Below, one piece after another: positions 52,560 to 63,594 of a stretch of DNA of 64,000 nucleotides. The translations under genes were made by a program, and so were the position numbers. This stretch comes from Vicugna vicugna (taxonomy: Eukaryota). Location: NCBI GenBank assembly GCA_013265495.1, contig MU058570.1:1-64000 (forward strand). Direction: 5' to 3'. The notes below the pieces were generated by a model, which worked only from the letters and a program-made list of their open reading frames with translations, was not told the DNA's origin and searched no databases. How positions within the stretch are numbered: the first letter of the stretch is position 1; each line of letters starts with the position of its first letter.

Positions 52560-52915
52560 GTCCGAGCCCACGCAGTAAGAAATGGAGATCAAAGGTATAA
52601 GATTGAGTAGGAAGAAATCAAACTGTCCTTGTTCGCAAATCACATGCTTGTCTGTGTAGAAATAGGAAAGGATCAATGACACAACAACAAAATTCCTGGA
52701 GCTAATACGCAATTACAGTGAGGTTGCCGGATATAGGATTAACATACAAGAGTCAAATGCCTTTCTATGTGCCGTTACGAACAAGAGGAATTTGAGACTA
52801 AAAACCATACCCAGTGCCTTTATATTAGCACCCCAAAAATGAAATACTGAGGTATAAGTCTAACAAAATAGGGCCAAGATCTATATGAAGAAAACTGAAA
52901 AATGATGGAAAATAG
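52560..52915 (+). mobile_element. L1 ORF2 (RT) fragment
   Basis: tccttgttcgcaaatcacatg; gttgccggatataggattaacatacaagagtca. Confidence 0.8.
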
Positions 52916-53321
52916 AGTCACAGAGAGGTTGATTGACCTGTCTAAGTTCACACAGTTTATATGGGGAAGGTAGGATATGAAACTAGGAAGCCTGGCTCTG
53001 ACCCCCCTGCTATGCTGCCTTGCTGGTGAGGACTCCCAGCATCCAGGCCTGAGGTACCAAGGATTTACACATATACGCTGCTCTCTGCTGACTGTAAGAC
53101 ATTGAGTATGAGGGCTGGCACTCAACTGTACAAACTGCAGTCAGAGAAAGGGCCTGGAGATGGTGTTCATCCCTTCTGCTCACATCCTATTGATCAGAAC
53201 CCAATTCCATGACCCCATCTCTCTACAAGGGAGCCTGGAGATGCAGGCCAGGAAGAGTAAAGGGAAACAGGATTTGGCCAACACGTACCAGTCTCTATCT
53301 CTGCCCTTTACATGTACTATC

Positions 53322-53450
53322 TTTGGGGGTTGGGGGACAGGCGGTAATTAGGTTTATTTATTTATTTTTCTAGTAGAGGTACTGGGGATTGAACCCAGGA
53401 ACTCATGCATGCTAGTCATGCTCTTTACTACTGAGCTCTACCCTCCCCCC
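53322..53450 (-). mobile_element. tRNA-derived camelid SINE (vic-1-like)
   Basis: gaggtactggggattgaacccaggaactcatgcatgcta. Confidence 0.85.
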
Positions 53451-53924
53451 TATATTATATTTAAATTCACTCTGTTGACTGCTGAATGTAATAGGACCTC
53501 CCTAGGCCAGCCTGGAATTGCTCAAAGGACAGGCTTTGGTGGATTAGCACAGCCTCAAGTCAGCCACGTATGACCTCACCCTACTCTTCTCCAGCTTAGC
53601 TACACTCAGCTCACACATGCTCCTGGGACGTTTTGAGGACAGCCCGAAGGATGCCAAAAGCACTTATGTGACTTAAAAAAGCACTAAACCCTCTGTCAGT
53701 TTCAGAGCAGCCCAGACCTCTGTCAGGCTTTCTGGGGAGGGATAACTACATGAAAGAGGAAAGGGTATACTTCAATAAGAAAAAGAAAGAAAGAGAGAAA
53801 GAAAGGAAGGAAGAAAAGAAAAGAAAAAAGGCATAACATTATAAACTGCCTACACTTCAATAAAAAAAGAAAAGAGGAAACAGTGACATGTTCGAGAAAC
53901 ATAAGAAACGGTCTGTTGGAGGCA

Positions 53925-53956
<32 letters not shown>

Positions 53957-54220
53957 ACACATGCTACGTGTAAGCATCACAGAAGGATGTTTAAATGTCA
54001 TATTGAGGAGTTACACACAAGTGAGTGGGCCCCACTGAGGTATCTGAACATCAGCTTTGATGAGGGAGGCAAGTGGAGGCCACTCACCAGACACTGAATA
54101 GGGAAGTGATGATGTGAAGTGGTGATGGAGAGCTTGGCTCTGGCTGAGCTGTGCACAGTGGACTGGAGGTAGGGAGGGGAGCCTGGGAGAATCTCTTGGT
54201 TTTGAAAACACGACACTCAC

Positions 54221-54565
54221 CCCATGATTGAAAAGGCCCTGACTCTAGTCTCATCTTTATCAAGCATGTCCTCCTCTTCCAAGGTCCCAATTAGCCCCGA
54301 ATTCTGTGCGTATCTCATTCCTTCACTTTCAGATGATTGTACCAGTTTCCTACTGGTCGCCCTTAACATCAAAAGCATCTCCCCCACCACATTCCAATTC
54401 CCTCAGATTAATCACCAGTAAGCGAGGCTTTAATCTTGAAAAGAACTTCCCACAGGTCATCATGATCCTGACTGAAACTCCTTAGCCGGCTGTGGACTGG
54501 GTCCCAGGGCGGGTGTAAGCAGCACGAACCACCACTGCGCACTGGGCAGCTTTGGGTCTGCGCAC
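54221..54565 (-). pseudogene. Exon remnant, 345 nt with frameshift: ...HSRLRSFSQDHDDLWEVLFKIKASLTGD*SEGI/NVVGEMLLMLRATSRKLVQSSESEGMRYAQNSGLIGTLEEEDMLDKDETRVRAFSIM(G)
   Basis: cttctttttcctccaag|...GG|gtgagt; two long open stretches of more than 50 codons in different frames join near 54400. Confidence 0.65.
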
Positions 54566-54993
54566 CTTGGAGGAAAAAGAAGATGGCCAGCCTGGATGGC
54601 ACAGGGAATTATCCTTGCCCCGTGCCCTCACCCCAGTGGACTAGGCCATGTGTGGGGCATGGGAGGGCAGTTGAGAAGAACAGAAGCGAAACCTCTTGGG
54701 AGAAACCTCCAAGAGAAGAGAAAGCGTGGAGGGAGTTGTGAGGACAAAAACATCCGCATCCTGGTGCACTGGATGGTCCGCACCAGACCTCCTCAGTCAG
54801 GTGGTGCAGAATGGGAGTCAAACCTGGCATTTTTAACAGGATCCCAGGCTCTAGGACAGTGTTTCAGCTGAACAGCAAGAAAGTGGGACTCTTCCAAGCA
54901 TACGAGTTGGTGGACTAATGACTGCTCTTCATACAAGTGGATGGGGCAATTCTCACCATTGATACGTAGCTGCAGCATGAACAGAGTGTCTGC

Positions 54994-55483
54994 TGTGTCA
55001 GGGTCCCCAAGACACCCTTGGGTTCAGTAATGCCCGAGGAGGCCTCACGGGCTCTGTGTACACTTTACGAGTGGCTGTGAGGACACAGTACAATTGCCAG
55101 AGGGAAAAGGGGTGAGGTCCAGAGGAAACCAGGCACACTTCCAGGACCCCCAGGGAGACACGCAGCACTAATTCCCCGTGTGAAAGGCTCATCAGACACT
55201 CAGTGCCCAGGGATGTCCTTGGGGGCTGATCACATGAGCATCCCTGCCTGGCAAGTCCCCAGTCCCCAGACCCCAGCGGGGAGCAGGTGTTCACCATGAA
55301 CCACACTGTCTGGACACACAGCGCAGGTGCAGGGAGCCACTCTTCTCGGCTCGGGGCACAGTGGGGAGCTCCCAAAATCCATGTTCCCAGATGCCAGCCC
55401 AGGGCAAGCCTGGTGAGCTGGCCTCTCCAAGGATGGGCCTTCAGCCCCCCTAACCCCCCACCATGTTAACTCTTTTCTGCACA
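54994..55483 (-). mobile_element. MER21-type solo LTR
   Basis: Minus strand starts tgtgcagaaaagagttaacat and ends cttggggaccctgacaca. Confidence 0.8.
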
Positions 55484-55673
55484 CTAGCCAAAACAATTAG
55501 AGCAGAGAAAGAAATGAGAGATAAAAAAAGTGACAAAGGAGGTACAAAACTACCATGATTTTCAAACAAGATGATTGTTTCCCTGAAAAAGAATAAGAGA
55601 ATCAACTGAAAATGATCAAAAGTGAAATCAGTACTTGGAACGAGCTAGTTTATTACCCCATCCCAGTCCCGAC

Positions 55674-55817
55674 CTGCAGAGAGCCCAGCGGGGGGACGCA
55701 GGGGTCGGTGCAACTTTGAATCGAGTTAGCTTTCATTATTACATGGGCCTGGACATTCGAATGACCTAGTTGAGATAGTGTTTTGTGATTAGAATTTACC
55801 AAAGGACCTTTGGTTCT
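55674..55817 (-). pseudogene. Exon remnant, 144 nt: RTKGPLVNSNHKTLSQLGHSNVQAHVIMKANSIQSCTDPCVPPLGSLQ (ancestral frame uncertain)
   Basis: cttctctagtttctctcag|...CAG|gtcggg; frame 0 is open for 48 codons. Confidence 0.45.
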
Positions 55818-57039
55818 CTGAGAGAAACTAGAGAAGCTCGGGGCCTATGCAGGTGCAGAGGCAGATTGCACGAGGTTGGGGAGGCTGGGCCTCAACCGCT
55901 CCCCTGCGCCCGCCTTCTGAGGTCTGAGAAGACCTCCAGCTTTCATGTGGTTGTACGTTGTTGAAATTTGCAAAGATATGATATTGTTACTGCAATCAGT
56001 TAGACCACTCTGTCCACTCTGTCTTGGAGCAGGTGGCCACAGAATGGGCTCCTGCATCCTCATGGTCAACACAGGACTGGGTGTAAGATGCTACTGGGAG
56101 CCAGCCCCCACCAGACACTGACAGTAACCGAATACACACGGAAGTGACTGCAAACCACTAAACCCAGAGTCCCAGTTCTCATCAGGGTCCCCAAAACGCA
56201 CAGTCAAACCCCACCACGTGAGTAAACAACGTTTTAAGGAGTCTACAATGTATTTTCCAATATAGGGAAGAGAAACCAGAACACCCCAAAATGCAAAATG
56301 TTTATTCAAAGCTTATGAAAACTTAAATTTGTCATGATAACCACAACTGGAAACTATTTAGGAACATAATTACATGTTTGTGATTTGGACATATATGAAA
56401 GAGATTGTCTTGTCTCATCTTTAAATTTACCTGTTAAAAAACTGAAGGAAAATCCAGATACAAACTAATGAAATATAAAACAATAGCGACAATTAGAAGC
56501 AAAGAAATTAACAGAAATTGTACCGACATCCAGCAAATTGTAACCAAAAGAAATTTCAGACTATACCCAAAACAGTAAGTCATGAAATAGGAAGAAACGG
56601 ATTTCTAGTAGAAGCAATAGATTATAACAAATAGGCTCTTGGAACATTTGATACATCAGTTAGTATGAGAAAAGTGAATCACAGAATCCATTGGAAAAAT
56701 ATTTAATTTTTTGCCAATTTGACAAAAAAAATACTGGCATCAGCATAAATAACATAAAATTCCTGAGACACCAGTACAACTAGGGAGCCATCCAGAACAA
56801 ATCAATGAGTGCTGTCAGAGCTTAAGGACATTAGCCACAGGCCCAAGCAAACTGGAATTGACCCGTGAGAGAGAAATAATTTATCCTGTGAATAAAGATT
56901 AAAGGGAAGAGGGGAAAAAATGGTTTCTATTGATTAAAACGCCCACTCCGTGTTCCTTATTCACAGACAATAAGACAATTCAGTACAGAGACCGAAGTTT
57001 GAATTAATATACAGAAACAATTAACCTGAGATCCTTCAC

Positions 57040-58960
57040 CATCCACTAATCATGAGTTAGAAGATATATTAAAGAAAAGAGTAATTTACAATAGAAAAAA
57101 GAAAAATTATGCAGAAAAAAGTCAAGAAATATGTAAAAATCTATATAAGAAATTAAAATGTTCCTAAAGGACACATGAAAAGTATCTTGAGCAAATAAAA
57201 AGGCCTGTCGTCCTCCTGGATTAGGAAAGATCATAAATGTCCCTTTTCCCTAACTTATATACAAATAAGTAGCCCACAAATTAGCAATCCAAATAAAATA
57301 CTAACAAGGTAGTTGAACTAGATAAAGTGAGCCTAAAGACCAGACAGAGAAATAAGGAAGCAAAGCAGTCTGGACTTTTCTGAAAGAGAAGAGTGATAAT
57401 GGGTCAACCCAGGCGAATAGCGACACAGTGTAATTAAGAATTAGAATAATGGGGTACTGGTGAGAAATACACAGAGAGATCAACAGGACAGAACTAAAAG
57501 TTCATAAAGAAACCCAAGCACATAAATTTGGGAGTCTGAGATTTACAAATGTTAGCCACTAAATATAAAAATAGATGTAAAAAAAAAAGTTTCTTCTGTA
57601 TAGCACAAGGAACTATGTTCAATATCTTGTAACAACATTTAATGGAAAAAAATATGAAAATGAATATGTGTATGTATCTGCATGACTGGGATATTGTTCT
57701 GTGCACCAGAAGTTGACACATTGTAACTGACTGTACATCAATAATGAAATTAGTTTTTTAAAAAGAAACCCAAGCATAAATGAAAATGCAGTGTGTGAAA
57801 AGGACAGCATTTTGAATCAGTGCAGCAAATATGACGTTGGAACAAAAGGACAACCATCTGTGCAAATAATGAAGTGGAATTCACACCTCATATCTTACAC
57901 CAGGATAGATGTAGTAAGGATTTAAATTTTTAACATAAAAAATTAAATCATGAAAGCATTAGAAGACTCCATAGGATATTTTTAAAAAATAATTTTGACA
58001 TAAAGAATATCTTCCTAACAATGAAAAAAAATAGAGGACATAAAAGAAAAAAATGATCAACTACATACACATATACAAGTATTTTAGAATCTGCATGGCA
58101 AAAATCACCATAAAGTAAAGCTAAGAGACAAATGACAAACTGGAAAATACATTTTGCAACTCATATCACTAACAAAGACCTAATCTGTCCTAATATATAA
58201 AGAGCTCCTTTTTGATAAAAACATAACCCAATAGAAAAAAAAATGGCCAAGAGGGAGTTCTTCCAAATAAAATGAAAATAAACGTGAAAAGATGTTCAGT
58301 TCCACTTATAATAAGAGGAATGCTGGTTAAAATGACATCGGGGCACCATTTATTTCACCTACAAAACTGCAATGTCAAAAAAATTGATAACTATCATGCT
58401 GGCAAGGATGTGGTGAAATAAGCACTTATGAATGGTTGGCAGCCACATCAATTGGTACTTCAATGGAAGGAAACTTGGCAGTGCCATCAATATCCTTTGA
58501 CTCCACAATTCCACTTTTAGGAATTTAGCCTGCCTTGCATTCATGTGTGCATCATAATGGGAAGAGTTTGAAGACAACCTAAACAGCCATCAAGAAGGAA
58601 TCAATGAACTAAAGCACAGGTCAGATATATCATCGCATCCTAGGAAGTCACAGAAAGAATGCGGGAGCTCCCTATATACACTGATGGGGCATTATCTCCA
58701 AGACAGATTTAAATATGCTAAAAGAAGCAAACTGCAAAACAGCATCTAAAATGTACTAGAATTTGTTCTTAAATATGAAGAAAAATCCACCCCTTAATAT
58801 AAAGAGACTGTCTCTGGAAAGATACACCAGAAACACGTCCTCTGGGAAGACTGATGACCGGGAGGCAGGAGCCACAGCGGTGCCATTTGTGTGCTCTTCA
58901 CACCTTTGACTTTTCAACTCTGTGGCTGCATTACCTACTCAACAAATAAAGGGTAAATAA
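57040..58960 (+). mobile_element. Old L1 ORF2 3' part and 3' UTR
   Basis: gacaaatgacaaactggaaaatacattttgcaac; ctccacaattccacttttaggaattta. Confidence 0.8.
57521..57761 (+). mobile_element. Young 5'-truncated L1 3' end nested in the older L1
   Basis: 15-bp TSD aaagaaacccaagca at 57506-57520 and 57762-57776; gttgacacattgtaactgactgtacatcaataa tail. Confidence 0.85.
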
Positions 58961-59323
58961 AAATAAGTACATAGTAATCAAACAGGTGCATTTCCTTCTG
59001 GAGAGGAGAGGGAGGTGGTTGAGAACTTATCTACACAGAGCAGCCAGAGGCAGCCTGGAGGTGACGGCGATAGGTAGCCGGGGGCTGGGTCCCAAAGAGA
59101 GGGACCCACTGGAGCCCCAGAGGGGAAGGGTACCAAGGTTCCAAAGGCCACCGGTGAGAACTTGAGATGAAAGCTTGAAATTTTTTAATAGTTACTATTT
59201 TTAGGACACAGAGTCTGAGTTTTACCTGTCAGGCTGCAGGAAAGTGGGTTCCCTGATATTCAGGAATTCTCCTCATCCCCCATCATCTGGTGCCAAACCT
59301 ATACGGTATGATTTCCCATTCAC

Positions 59324-59383
59324 CTGTCCCCTTCATAAGGCTTCATTACACATCAGGGCTGGCTTGCCCACTCCCTGAATCCA
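59324..59383 (-). pseudogene. Exon remnant, 60 nt: WIQGVGKPALMCNEAL*RGQ
   Basis: ctctctcctggggctcacag|...CAG|gtgaat; phase 0-0. Confidence 0.45.
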
Positions 59384-59702
59384 CTGTGAGCCCCAGGAGA
59401 GAGCAGGGGGAGGAGAGGCTGTATCTGCTGTTACTCTAAGTGCCTCATATAGTGCCTGGCACACACGTGGTCTGTACCCATAAAATACTTGGTGAACAAA
59501 CAAGTGAATAACCTCAAACACATTTTGTGCTTCATCCTCCTGCCTTGTACCTGTCTTTCCCTTTATCTGGTGTTCTTTATACCCTCACCCCCAGCTCCTT
59601 CTTTGCAGGAGCACATCATTTACGGATGGTTACAGATGACAATTAATCCTCATCACCTCCATGACCTTTTAAGGAGCCCTACCTTGGTGTCAGTAATATT
59701 AC

Positions 59703-59742
59703 CTCTGGGTTCTGGGAGGACTAAATGACTCTGAGATCATCT
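59703..59742 (-). pseudogene. Exon remnant, 40 nt: DDLRVI*SSQNPE
   Basis: tccctag|...GAG|gtaata; phase 2 to 0. Confidence 0.45.
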
Positions 59743-60189
59743 CTAGGGACACCATGTCCACCGCAACAGCGAAGAGACACACTGAAGAGCAGGGTGTCCA
59801 GTTGACATGGGACCACCACTGGGTTTGGGTAGGTGACTTGGTCCTCTTGCCTCAGCAGCTAGCTCAGAACTGAGTCTGAATGTTGCAGGCATGGCTAAGA
59901 TGAGCAGGGACAATGGAGGCGGGAGGAAGAGGCTCTGACCAGGGACACCTGTTCTCCGCTGGCCTAGATTGTGAGCACATCCCCCGGAGGAAGCCGTGTA
60001 TCTTAATGTGACAGCTGCTGGCTGCCTGAATCCGATGCAGACCCTCAGGCTCACCCCAAACCTGCTGGAGCAGACACCTGGGGGTGGAAGCCCTGAATCT
60101 ATACCTCAAAGACCCAGGGATTCTAACACAGACAGCTGGGAAACATACCCCCAAAACATGGTCCTGAGAACATGCCCTCTGCTGTTTAC

Positions 60190-60590
60190 TTTGTAACTTT
60201 TTATCTTGAAGTAGTTTCAAGCTTTAGAGAAGTGATTCAGGAATAGTACAAAAGACTCCCTCATACCCCTTACTCACCAGTAATTCGTATCTTGCTTGCT
60301 TGCTTTCCATATTTAATAGTTGTTATTTTCTGAATCAGGTGAAAGCAAGTTGCAAAGACATGGTTCCCTTTTACCCCTAAATAGCTCAGCATTTTCCTTT
60401 AAGAACAAGGATATTCTTTTACGTAATAACAGTATCATTTTCAAATTCAGGAAATTTAGAGCTGAAACAATTATCTATTCTTAATCCAAATGCCAACTTC
60501 TTCCAGTTGTCAGATAATCTCCTTTAGAGACATTTTCCTGACCCAGGATTCTATCCCAGCTACACACTGGCATCTAGCTGCATGTGCACA
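60190..60590 (-). mobile_element. Old L1 3'-UTR fragment (L1MC/ME-like)
   Basis: tttacccctaaatagctcagc...taagaacaaggatattctttta. Confidence 0.7.
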
Positions 60591-60868
60591 GTCTCTCTGT
60601 ATCCTCCTAATGGACCCCTGCATTTGGGCCTTCTCCTCTCCCTGTGCACAGACCCTGTCCCTCTGAGGATAGAAGACGGACATCGGAGGGGACAGGAATG
60701 GGATGATGAGGACAACCAGCCCTTAAGATCTCACTGTTGGGTCCAGCCTGACCCTGTGACCAAGCGGTGTGGCTCCAGGAGGCGGAAGGACTGGTTCCCA
60801 GAACTCCAGGAAAGACAGACACCATCGCGCCCCAGAGACCTGGTTGGCAAGCACGCAACTCATCTCAC

Positions 60869-61018
60869 TTTAAACTGCACATTTTCATCCATGGGAGACT
60901 CTTGTAAGTGAGCTGGCCAGTTTCCTCCTCGTGAATAATTCAGCTTCCAGCCTCCAGCCTCCTGCTCCCGAATTTAGGGAGAGTCTGAAACTGCTGACTT
61001 CTCTGTTTCCTCCCACAC
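60869..61018 (-). pseudogene. Exon remnant, 150 nt: CGRKQRSQQFQTLPKFGSRRLEAGS*IIHEEETGQLTYKSLPWMKMCSL(K)
   Basis: gttttccttacag|...|gtgaga; one TGA in the phase 2-2 frame. Confidence 0.55.
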
Positions 61019-61622
61019 CTGTAAGGAAAACATTTTGCAGCCCCCTCCTCCACCTACAATTCTCTCCTTATGTCTTTCTTTTCCCTCCCGCTCCTGCCAC
61101 ACTCGCTTTTTTTCTCATCTTTCAGCTTGAAGACCTGAGCATTTGGATTTGCTCCTAAAACACGCCTTTTCTGGCCTTGGGGGAGACCAGTAATGATGGG
61201 GAGGGGCCTGGACCTGGAGCAAGTATCAAGCCTGAGCTGCTAGCTTCATGATCAATATTTCATCCCTATCAGGGAGCCTCTGAACAGGGAGCCCTCATGG
61301 GGACCCCATGGGCCTGGACCAGATTTCCAGGAAGCCAACAGAGCTCAGGCTTCTGGCCGAACCTGGTGTGGGAGGGGGGATTGAGGGATGAGGCCGGCAC
61401 TGTAGCATTTCTGGAAATTTTTGCAAAGTAAGATCCTTTATATTTTTTTCCTTTAAAATGCCACCCAACTTTTATAAGCTACCACCCTATGAAACTGGCA
61501 CCCATTCCTGTATATACAGATAATTTGTGTATGTCTGGGTGTCTGTGTGTGTGTGCATGCGTGTGAAATAGGAGATATAGAAAGATATGTAGACAGATGG
61601 GGCGTGTAATAATAGTGTCCAC

Positions 61623-61708
61623 CAATGAGCTCTTTTAGGGAGAATCCAAATTTACGTAAAACGATTACTTTGACCTTCCTGATTGTTTTCACACAGGCAA
61701 GTGAGAGA
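61623..61708 (-). pseudogene. Exon remnant, 86 nt: SLTCLCENNQEGQSNRFT*IWILPKRAH(W)
   Basis: ctccatag|...|gtggac; phase 0 to 2 fits the next exon. Confidence 0.4.
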
Positions 61709-62104
61709 CTATGGAGCTGACAGAAGCGTGCCTGTTAAAGACCTGTCCTGAATCTTTTGAGCAAAATTCTAGACTGCAGGAAGCTTTTTATTCTCTTTTT
61801 ATTTTTTTAACATTACTGGATTATTTCTGGTTTTCTAATCCCAAAACCACTTCTCTAGCTTTCTCTTTACCAGACACAGTCTACGTGATACAGAAATCTG
61901 CAGCTAAAAGGCACAGCCTTTGGTTGCAGGAGCCGAGAGCACCGTACAGGTAACCCAAAGCCTGGCGGAGGAACGGCACCGCAAGAGTGCAGTGGGACCC
62001 TTCTCACCCCTATTCTGGGTCTTAAATACCCAAGTCAACCCATCTAAACTCATTCCTTTTGTCCTTTTGTTCCCTAGGCAGTTCCACTCAAGAAAATAAA
62101 GACC

Positions 62105-62230
62105 TTTTTTTTTTTGGTGGAGGGAGGTAATCAGGTTTATTTATTTTATTCTTAGAGGAGGGACTGGGGATTGAACCCAGGCCCTCATGCATGCTAAGAT
62201 GCTCTCTACTACTTGAGCTATCCCCTCCCC
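62105..62230 (-). mobile_element. tRNA-derived camelid SINE (vic-1-like)
   Basis: gggattgaacccaggccctcatgcatgctaag; flanking repeat ataaagacc. Confidence 0.85.
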
Positions 62231-62555
62231 GCATAAAGACCATTTTTCTTCACACTTGTTACTCCATTGAAAATATTCTTACTAAATAAGTTAATCAAGT
62301 AAGTCATTATGATCATTTCAAGTAAGTCAAATGCAGTCATTTTTCAACTTTTCCATAATAATTCCAAGAAAAGCCTTGCACTCAATCACACCACCTCTTC
62401 CTAGGAGTGTTCATGGGACATAAGCAGGACGTTCTCATTGTTCCTCTATTTACAGAAACAGCTTGTTTACCAGGCCGGGTAATAAGGCCCTCAAGGTAGT
62501 GGGAATCCAGGCCAAGAAAAGACTCTAAGAGGTGACGCAGAAAGGTTTCCCATTA

Positions 62556-62995
62556 GAACTCTCCTACACTGCTGGTGGGAGTGTAGATTGGTGCAGCCAC
62601 TATGAAGGACAGTATGGAGGTTCCTTAAAAAACTAAAAATAGACTTACTGTGTGATCCAGAAACCCCACTCCTGGGCATATATCCAGAGAAAAATAAAAT
62701 TCAGAAAGACACATGCACCCCAAGGTTCATAGCAGCAATTTTTACAACAGCTAAGACATGGAAACAACCCAAATGTCCATCAACAGATGACTGGATAAAG
62801 AAGTTGTGGTATATTTATACAATGGACTACTAAGCCATAAAAAAGAATGAAATAATGCCATTTGCAGCAACATGGATCAACCTGGAGATCGTCATTCTAA
62901 ATAAAGTGGGCCAGAAAGAGAAAGAAAAATGCCATGTGATATCACTTATATGTGGAATCTAAAAGAAAAAAAATAAGGACACAAATGAACTAATT
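62556..62995 (+). mobile_element. L1 ORF2 end and 3' UTR fragment
   Basis: ccactcctgggcatatatccaga; gccatttgcagcaacatggat. Confidence 0.9.
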
Positions 62996-63594
62996 ATTAT
63001 TTTGATTTCTTGTATATGTGTGAGCACATCTGACTGTCCTTTATGATTGGATTACTGCATTCTGTTGATTCTTATCTTGTAGCTGGCTTTATTCCTTTGA
63101 TAACTATGTAAGTTTAAAAGGCTAAACCTCTAATCTGTTCTTAGGAACAATGATCAGTACATAGATGTAAACTAAAAAATGTGCAGTATATTGTATATAT
63201 GTATTTACATGCAGTATAATGTATATGTGCAGTCAAACTATAATAATTCTACCTAATATAACTGAAAAAGAAAAAAAAAAGAAAGGATTCCCATTAAGCT
63301 ATGCTGCTCCCTTCAAGAACCTCAAAACTTGACATGACCCCAAGCCATTCCAGAGCAGAGCTGAATGCACCACTCCCATCCAAAGCCACACCCATGGCAT
63401 CCCAGGGCCAGTGATCTGTGAGGTGACAACTAGGAGTTTGGGTGGCTTTTCTGAGAAAATTGTCACTTACTCTACTTCTACAGAAAGAGAAGCAAAACCT
63501 GAAATACCAAAAGCAGCTATGATGTTCTGAGCCAAGACTATGCTGTGTGCTTTTCATACATTCGCTCATCAAACCCTCAAAAATAAAACTATGG

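Larger units (their letters stand above)
22750..61708 (-). pseudogene. Decayed multi-exon (non-processed, possibly unitary) pseudogene of a large unidentified protein; the 5' end probably lies further right
   Basis: About 25 segments bounded mostly by polypyrimidine-AG acceptors and GT (a few GC) donors on the minus strand. Propagating phase from the 54.2 kb exon to the 28.2 kb exon lands in the independently best or only open frames at 36.5, 29.0 and 28.2 kb. There are 13 in-frame stops in about 410 codons (7 are TGA), frameshifts near 54400 and 27824, and a terminal exon followed by AATAAA. Confidence 0.75.
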
